Source: the human T2T-CHM13v2.0 reference genome, Homo sapiens. Taken from it: DNA of 64,000 nt. The notes below the pieces were generated by a model. The model was not told the DNA's origin and made no database searches. It saw only the letters and a program-made list of their open reading frames with translations. Position numbers and translations under genes: made by a program. Shown here piece after piece: positions 56,001 through 64,000 of this stretch. The DNA is taken from NCBI RefSeq assembly GCF_009914755.1, contig NC_060929.1; one strand, written 5' to 3'. Numbering within the stretch: position 1 is the first letter of the stretch; each line of letters starts with the position of its first letter.

Positions 56001-59000
56001 GAATATGTTTAGTTTTGTAAGGAACTGAAAAACTGTCTTCCAAAGTGACATACCATTTTGTAATTCCACCAGCAATGAATGAGAGTTCCTTTTCTCCACA
56101 TCCTTGTCAGCATTTGTTTTTGCAACAACAAATACTGGTAAATACAAATCAAAATACAATGAGATACCACTGTGTATCTATTAGAATGGCCAAAATCTAA
56201 AAAGAATAGAAAGGATCAATTTTGGCTTTTCTAGTATGTATGTAGTGGTATTTCATTGTTGTTTGGATTTCTGTTTCCCTAATGACAGATGATGTGGCGC
56301 ATCTTTTCATTTGCTCATTTGCCATCTGTATATCTTCTTTAATGTGGTGCCGTTCAGATCTTTTGCCCATTTTCTAAATCGGGTTGTTCATTTTCTTATT
56401 GTAGAGTTTTAAGTGTTCTTTGTATCTCTTGGATACTCCCAGTCTGTGGCTTGTACTTTGTGTCCTCAGCAGAGAAGCTTTTAAGTTTAATGAAGGCCAG
56501 CACAATCAATGTTTTCTTCCGTGGATTGTGCCTTTGGAGTTGTATCTAAAAAGTTCTTGGCAAACCCAAGTTTACCTAGATTTTCTCCTAATATATTTTC
56601 CAGGATTTTTATAGTTTTGCATTTTACATTTGAGTCTATGATCCATTTTGAAGGTTTTGGGGGTTTTTTTGTGGGTAGAAAGGTGTAAGGTCTGTATATA
56701 GATGCTTTTTTTTTTTTTTTTTTTTTTTTAACATGTGGATGCCCTGTTGTTCTAGCATCATTTGTGGAAAAGATTGTCCTTTCCCTCTGTTGATTTGCCT
56801 GTATCAATGATCAGTTGATTATACTTGTATGAGTGTATTTTCTACCTCGCCTATTCTGTTACATTGGTCTATTTGTATATTTTTTCACTATTAACACACT
56901 GTCTTGATTAATGGCACATTATACTAAGTCTCGAAGTCAAATAGTGTTATTCCTCTAAACTTATTCTTCTCCTTCAAAATTATGTTGGTTATTCTGGCTC
57001 CTTTGTTTCTCCATAGAAACTTTAGAATCAATTTGTTGATATCCACAAAATAACTTGCTGTAATTTTGGTTGGGATTGCACTGAATCTTTAGATCAAGTT
57101 AGAAGAACTGAAATCTCAACAATTGTTAGCTTTTCTGTCTATGAACATAGAGTATTTATTTAGCTCTTCTTGGATTTCTTTCCTCAGTGTTTTGTAGTGT
57201 TCATCATAGAACTTGTACATACTTTGTTAGATGTACAACTATTATTCATTTATTTGCTGCTAATGTAAATGGTGTTGTGTTTTTTATTTTAAATTCTATT
57301 TCATTGCTGATACATAGAAAAGTAATAGACTTGGATATTATCTTTGTATCCTGCAACCTTGCAATACTTACTTATTAGTTCCAGTGTTCTTGTCCCTTCC
57401 TTGGGATTTACAGAGAAAATTGTTTATCTGTGAAAAAGATGGTTTTATTTCTCCCTTCTCAATCTGTGTACTATTTTTTCTTGTCTTTATTAGCTAGAAC
57501 TTTCAGTACAAAGTTGAATAGGAATGATGAGAACAGACATCCTTGCCTTGTTCCTGATCTTACCAGGAAAGCACCTAGTTTCTTAAGTGTGATATTAACT
57601 GTAATTATAGCTGTAGGTTTTTGTGGATGTTTTTTACCAAGTTGAGGAAATTCCCCTCTATTCTTAGTTTCCTGGTAGATTTTACCATGAATGGGTGTTA
57701 GATTTTTGTCAAGTGCCTTTTCTGCATCTATTGATAAGATTATGTAATTTTTCTTTTTTAACCTGTTATGTGGTTGATGGATTACATTGATTTTCAAATG
57801 TTGAACTAGCCTTGTATGCTCAGAATAAATTCCGTTTAATTGTGATATAAAAGTGTTTTGTACTTTAAGTAAACTTGCTAACATTTTTTGAGGATTTTTG
57901 CATCTACATTCATGAGAGATATTGGTTGATAGTCTTACGTCCTTATAATCTCTTTGGTTTTGGTATTAGGGTAATCCTGGCTTTATACAATGAGTTAGAA
58001 ACTTACCCCCCCATCCCGGCTTCTGTCTCTAGAAGACGTTGTAGAGAATTAGTATAATTTCTTCTTTAAATGTTTGGGAGAATTCACCAGTGAACCCATG
58101 TGGTCCTGGGGCTTTCTGTTTTGGAAGGTTATTAGTAGTTTTCTGGATTTCTTTAATAGATATGGGCCTCTTTAGTTACTTTTTTTTTCTTGTGTGATTT
58201 TTGGCAGATTGTGTTGTTCAAGGAATTTTTCCATTTTATCTAGGTTGTCAAATGTGTGGGCAGAATGTTGTTCATAATATTACTTTGCTATCCTTTAAAC
58301 CTTATGGAATCAGCAGTGATGCCCCCTCTTTCATTTCTGATGTTTGTAATTTTTGTCTTTTTTCCTTCATTTGCTTGTCATGAAATTTATCAATTTTATT
58401 AATCTTTTCAAAGAACTAGCTTTTGATTTTTCTGATTTTCTCCATTGACTTACTGTTTTCCACTTCATTGATATCTGCTCTAATTTTTTAATTCTTTTCC
58501 TTTTGCTTATCTTGGGGTTAAACTTCTCTTTTTCTCATTTTCTAAGGTGGAAGCTTGAATGACTGATTTTAAAACTTCCTTCTTTTCTAATATATGTGTT
58601 CAGTGCTATAAATTTCCTTCCAAGTACTGCTTTTGGTGTATCTCACAAATTTTGATACATTGTATTTTCAATTTCATTTACTTTAAAATATTTTTAAATT
58701 TCTCTTGAGAATTGTTCTGGGACCCATGTACTATTTCAGAGTTTATTGTTTAGTGTCCAGGTATTTGAGATTTTCCAGTTATCTTTGTGTTTTTGATTTC
58801 TAGTTTAATTCCATTTTGGTCTGAGAGCACATATTGTATGATTTCTATTCCTTAAAAAATTTTAAGTTATCTTTCAGGGCCCAGAATATGTCTATTTTAG
58901 TGAATATGTGTGCTTAAGAAAGTGTATTCTGCTGTTGTTGTGTAAAGTATTCTATAAATGTCAGCTAGATCCAGTTGATTGATGGTGGTCCTCAATTCAA

Positions 59001-59387
59001 CTACGTTGTTACTGATTTTCTGCCTGTTGGATCTATGAATTACTAACAGAGAGATGTTGAAATCTCCAACTATGATAGTGGATTTGTTCTTTTCTCCTTG
59101 CAGTTCTATCAGCTTTTGCTTTATATATTTTGATGCTCTGTTGTTAGGCCCACACCCAATAAGGATTGTTATGTCTCCTTGGAAGATTGACCTTTTAACA
59201 TTATGTAATGCCCCTCTTTATCTCTAATCGGCTCTTTTGCTTTGAAGTTTGCTTTGTCTGAAATTAATATAGCTACTCCAACTTTCTTTTGATTAGTATT
59301 ACCATGGTATATCATTCTCTATTGCCTTACTTTTAATTCATATGTGTCTTTATTATTAAAGTGGGTTTCTTGTGGACAACACATGGT

Positions 59388-60817
59388 TGAGAGGTGACAG
59401 CGTGCTGGCAGTCCTCACAGCCCTCGCTCGCTCTCGGTGCCTCCTCTGCCTGGGCTCCCACTTTGGTGGCACTTGAGGAGCCCTTCAGCCCACCGCTGCA
59501 CTGTGGGAGCCCCTTTCTGGGCTGGCCAAGGCCAGAGCCGGCTCCCTCAGCTTGCAGGGAGGTGTGGAGGGAGAGGCGCGAGCGGGAACCGGGGCTGTGC
59601 GCGGCACTTGTGGGCCAGCTGGAGTTCCGGGTGGGCGTGGGCTTGGCAGGCCGCGCACGCCGAGCAGCCGGCCAGCCCTGCCGGCCCGGGCAATGAGGGG
59701 CTTAGCACCTGGGCCAGCGGCTGCGGTGGTTGTACTGGGTCCCCCAGCAGTGCCAGCTCACCAGCGCTGCGCTTGATTTCTCACTGGGCCTTAGCTGCCT
59801 TCCCGCGGGGCATGGCTGGGGACCTGCAGCCCGCCATGCCTGAACCTCCCTCCCCCTCCATGGGCTCCTGTGCGGCCGGAGCCTCCCTGATGAGCGCCAC
59901 CCCCTGCTCCACGGTGCCCAGTCCCATCGACCACCCAAGGGCTGAGTAGTGCGGGCGCACAGCACGGGACTGGCAGGCAGCTCCACCTGCAGCCCCTGTG
60001 CAGGATCCACTGGGTGAAGCCAGCTGGGCTCCTGAGTCTGGTGGGGCCTTGGAGAACCTTTATGTCTAGCCCAGGGATTGTAAATACACCAATTGGCATT
60101 CTGTATCTAGCTCAAGGTTTGTAAATACACCAATCAGCACCCTGTGTCTAGCTCAGGGTTTGTGAATGCACCAATCGACACTGTATCTAGCTACTCTGGT
60201 GGGGCCTTGGAGAACCTTTGTGTGGACACTCTGTATCTGTCTAATCTGGTGGGGACGTGGAGAACCTTTGTGTCTAGCTCAGGGATTGTAAACACACCAA
60301 TCAGTGCCCTGTCAAAACAGACCACTCGGCTCTACCAATCAGCAGGATGTGGGTGGGGCCAGATAAGAGAATAAAAGCAGGCTACTGGAGCCAGCAGTGG
60401 CAACCCGCTCGGGTCCTCTTCAACACTGTGGAAGCTTTGTTCTTTCGCTCTTTTGCAATAAATCTTGCTACTGCTCACTCTTTGGGTCCACACTGCCTTT
60501 ATGAGCTGTAACACTCACCGCGAAAGGTCTGCAGCTTCACTCCTGAAGCCAGCGAGCCCACGAGCCCACAGGGAGGAATGAACAACTCCAGATGCACCGC
60601 CTTAAGAGCTGTAACACTCACGGCGAAGGTCTGCAGCTTCACTCCTGAGCCAGCGAGACCAGGAACCCACCAGAAGGAAGAAACTCCGAACACATCCGAA
60701 CATCAGAAGGAACAAACTCCAGACGGCGCCACCTTAAGAGCTGTAACACTCACCGCCAGGGTCCGGGGCTTCGTTCTTGAAGTCAGTGAGACCAAGAACC
60801 CACCAATTCCGGACGCA
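59388..60817 (+). mobile_element. LTR12C (HERV9) solo LTR
   Basis: Start tgagaggtgacagcgtgctggcagtcc; CpG-rich 5' U3; tandem CCAAT repeats; three gagctgtaacactcac U5 repeats; end ccaccaattccggacgca. Confidence 0.96.
60085..60400 (+). promoter_or_regulatory. LTR12C core promoter/enhancer (CCAAT/NF-Y boxes, GT box, GATA, TATA-like AATAAAA)
   Basis: CCAAT at 60089, 60130, 60171, 60297 and 60335; gggtgggg at 60351; agataa at 60361; aataaaa at 60370. This is the established ERV9 LTR promoter layout; activity is not shown by the sequence. Confidence 0.7.
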
Positions 60818-61997
60818 GTTGGGTCTTGCTTTTATTCACTCTGACAGCCTCTTTTTACTAATGTATTCAGACCATTGATGTTTAAAGTGATTATTAGTAT
60901 AGTTGTATTATTATTTATCATATTTTTCTTTATTTTCTGTTCATTGCCCTTGTTCTGTTTTTTGTTAATTTTTTTGTCTTCTGCCCTTCTTCTGATTTCT
61001 GCAGTATTAATTGAGCATAATATATGATTTCACTTTTTATCCTTTTTAGCATATCAGTTATACTACTATTTTTTTTTCTGTTTGGGAGGTTTCTATTGAA
61101 ATATCTTCAAGCTCAGAGATTTTTTTTTCCTTCGCTATAAACACTCTACTACTCATAAGCCCATCAAGACATTCTTTATTTTTGATAGTGTTTTGATCTC
61201 TAGCATTTCTTTTTGGTTTTTTCTTACAATTTCTATCTCTCTGCTTACCTTACCCATTTATTCTTGCGTGCTGCCTCTTTTTCCTTTAGATCCCTTAACA
61301 TACTAATCATAGTTATTTTAAATCCCAGTCTGATAACCCCAACATTCCTACCATATCTGAGTCAGGTTGATGCTTGCTCTGTCTTCACACTTTTTTATTT
61401 GGAATGCCTTGTAATTTTGTGTTGAAAGCCAGATATAAGATACTGGGTAAAAGGAGCTGGGATAAACCGGTCTGTTGTAATCCCCTGGTATTATACAAGA
61501 GCCCTATTGATATCAGTAGTGGTTAGCTGTGAGAAGAAAGGAGCCATTCTGTAGTCCGGTGATTAGTTCTCAGTCGTTTAATAAGTACAGGTCCCTGGGC
61601 TGTGACTTTCATCAGTGCTTCTCAGGTTTTTTTCCTCTCCCATTTAGATGCAACAGTAAGGCTAGAAGGGGCTGAAGTGGGGGTGTTTTCCTTCCCTCAA
61701 ATGCCAGATCACTCCGGGGGGAGATGGGGAATGGGGTGCCTGTAATTGGGTATTTCCCTTTTCCCAAGTGTTTTAGGCTCTGGTGAAACCCAAGGTGGTT
61801 ACAGTCTGGTAAAATAATTTCCTATGAGGGCAAGCTATTGTTAAGAACAAAATGTTCTGGGCTTATAAAATGGTTACTTTTCCATTTTCTCTGCTGGAAG
61901 CAGGAGGGGATTTTTCTGTGATCTTTATCCTAAGATCCTATTGGAGCTCCTGGAAATTAAACTTAGAAAAATGTGATGCCACTCTCTACCCGTCACT

Positions 61998-62034
61998 CCC
62001 CACCCCTCACCCCTCACCCCTTACCCCTCACCCC
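61998..62034 (-). repeat. 7-bp (GGGGTGA)n tandem repeat, G-quadruplex motif
   Basis: Six CCCC tracts on the + strand separated by a, tca or tta. Confidence 0.8.
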
Positions 62035-63675
62035 AGGACCAGGCCTTCCTGAGTTTGTTTTCTCTCTCAAGCTAGTGAGTGCACAGTCTCTAGCAATTAG
62101 TCAATTACCTTTTAAGTATCATTACCTGAGGCTGGCTTCAGAGGTGGTTTTTGGGTGGTTTTTGTTCCAAGTAAGCTGTGGGTTTTCCTTATCTACCTGT
62201 GTCCCTAGTTTTGAGGGTGGTGGTTTGTCTTGTGACCTTAATTCTCTGCTAGATCTAAGAAAATTTGTTGGTTTTTAGTTTGTCACCTTTTTTTATTTTC
62301 TTGTTGTGAGGATAGGAACGATGAGTCTCAAACTCCTTTGGGCCAGAAACTGGTAGTAATGAAAAATAATGTTTCTAGACTTCATAGTATTCTATCAGGT
62401 GGATTGTGTCTCACTCTAAACAAAACTCCTTTTGAAAGCAGGAGAAAATCTTTTAGTTTGATCAAAGAGCCAAATATAGGCATCACAGAATTTGCTTTAT
62501 TTTTACTCTAAAAAAAAAAGATGATTTAGATAGTATTTAGATCATTATAATGTTATTTGGGTGATTATAATTTTATATATTAAGTTATACATTTTACATT
62601 CTTTTCATTTAAGCATTCTACATCATGAGTAAATGTGAAATGTTAAGTGATAATCATTTTAAATTAAAGTCTTTTAATTTTATGTTTTTACATGAATATG
62701 AAAACAAACTTTAGTCACTGCTTCTAAAGTGAAACTATATTTTGGGTTATCTTCAAGAAGGCACAATTCCTTAAGTAGATAAGTTAATGAGCATTTGGAC
62801 TTTTACTTTTGGTCATTATGCTTCTTTGTAAGGGTGCCTTAAATTTGGCTAGTTTCTGTTTTCTCTGAAGTAGGGGTTTTTATCTCTGACCACCTTGAAC
62901 TGATTTGCATTGTAACTTGTTTGTCGTAATCTTTTTGCATTTGCTCTGCAAAGCTGCATTTCACACCTCCGACTGTAATGGGTCAGTCAGGGTCACCTCA
63001 TTGTACTTGAAATATGAAATGACACCCTGTAGGTCATCATCACCCTGCATGTCTACCAGAAATGAGAAATTGTCCTTAAGAATACACTTTGTCAGCTTGG
63101 TGTTACAAGTACCAAAGTGGTTACAGTATTTTACATTGGGTTTTGAAGTATTTTTTAAGTTTTAGGTGTTTAATCAGTGTAACAGATTTAGGAATGGTTT
63201 CCTATCAACTATGAGATAGTCTGTAACACAGTTTTTTGGATTTTAGTGTATAATCAGTTCAACTGATTCTTTTTGTTCCCCTTATGGAATCATTAAATGA
63301 TCGTAAAATTAGAGCAACAAATGCCTCAGATTAAACAATCTTGATTTACTTGTATGTCATTTGATCAGATGAATAAGGCCTTAGAAAATCAACTAAATAA
63401 AGTCAGCATTCAGAGTCCTGACTTTGGCCTTGCTATTTATTATGAAATTCCACCTAGGCATACATACTTGGACGGTTGTTTGGTTTTTTCCTCACGATAC
63501 TTTGTTTCTTCATCTTTTGGACTATGTGTATAACATTGACATTTAATGAAACGTATCTGTACATTTTTCATTTGGCTAAATAAAGGCATACAAGTATGAA
63601 AGGGAAAAAATCGATGAATGAATCATGCAGTTCAGCTTCCTACCATTTTTTCTAAAATCTATAGAAGCTTTGAAA

Positions 63676-63875
63676 CAGTGCTATCCAATAGAACTTTCTG
63701 CAGTGATGGCAGTGCTCTTTGACACTATCCAATGTGATATCCACTAGCCAAATGAGGTTATTGAGCCTCTGAAATGTGGCTGGCATTATTGAGGAATTGT
63801 ATTTTTTATTTTATTTAATTTTACTTAAATGTAAGTAGCACTTTGAGCTAGAGGCTACCATATTGGACAGCACAG
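63676..63875. mobile_element. MER3-like hAT-Charlie DNA transposon
   Basis: cagtgctatccaatagaactttctgcagtgatgg...ggctaccatattggacagcacag, with terminal inverted similarity. Confidence 0.8.
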
Positions 63876-63918
63876 ATTTAGGTTTTATTTGTGGGTTGTT
63901 TTTTTCTTATCTATAAAA

Positions 63919-63976
63919 TGTGTGTGTGTTTGTGTGTGTGTGTTTGTGTGTGTGTATGCGTGCATGCATGCATGTG
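63919..63976. repeat. Imperfect (TG)n microsatellite
   Basis: Seen directly. Confidence 0.85.
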
Positions 63977-64000
63977 TTGCAAGAAAAACTGAGCTTTAAG

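Larger units (their letters stand above)
55540..62370 (-). mobile_element. Large L1MC-type element (3'UTR, ORF2 remnants, degraded 5' region) interrupted by LTR12C
   Basis: 3'UTR cactgccctaaaaa...cccctggcaatcactgatc. ORF2 RT remnant at 57471-57884 (IILSIDAEKALDK...RSGTRQGCLFS) and a further remnant at 56487-56807. Confidence 0.82.

Noticed and set aside
59394-60844. Cluster of 60-170 aa GC-rich ORFs and a CpG-island-like stretch
   Set aside because: Entirely within LTR12C; ORFs are expected from the scarcity of stop codons in GC-rich sequence.

Overview
Primate, most likely human, genomic DNA. It is AT-rich and dense in Alu, L1, L2, MIR, MER and LTR elements. The window lies inside KCNN2 (SK2/KCa2.2, a small-conductance Ca2+-activated K+ channel) on the + strand. 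It holds one 419-nt internal coding exon (31325-31743, S2-S3 linker through S5) flanked by more than 31 kb of intron on each side. All other ORFs in the track look like repeat-derived or chance ORFs. Most notable observations: (1) a solo LTR12C in the sense orientation of the downstream intron, a candidate internal promoter for a pore-only SK2 isoform; (2) an isolated exon bracketed by inverted Alus, a candidate single-exon circRNA with a junction-spanning 150-aa ORF; (3) an Alu plus 64 bp of its L1 flank copied from ~24.2 kb into a broken Alu at ~48.4 kb; (4) a tailless 5S rRNA 5' fragment inserted in an L1; (5) a probable L1 3' transduction; (6) several fold-back or template-switch scars. 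Repeat subfamily calls come from remembered consensus motifs and boundaries are approximate.
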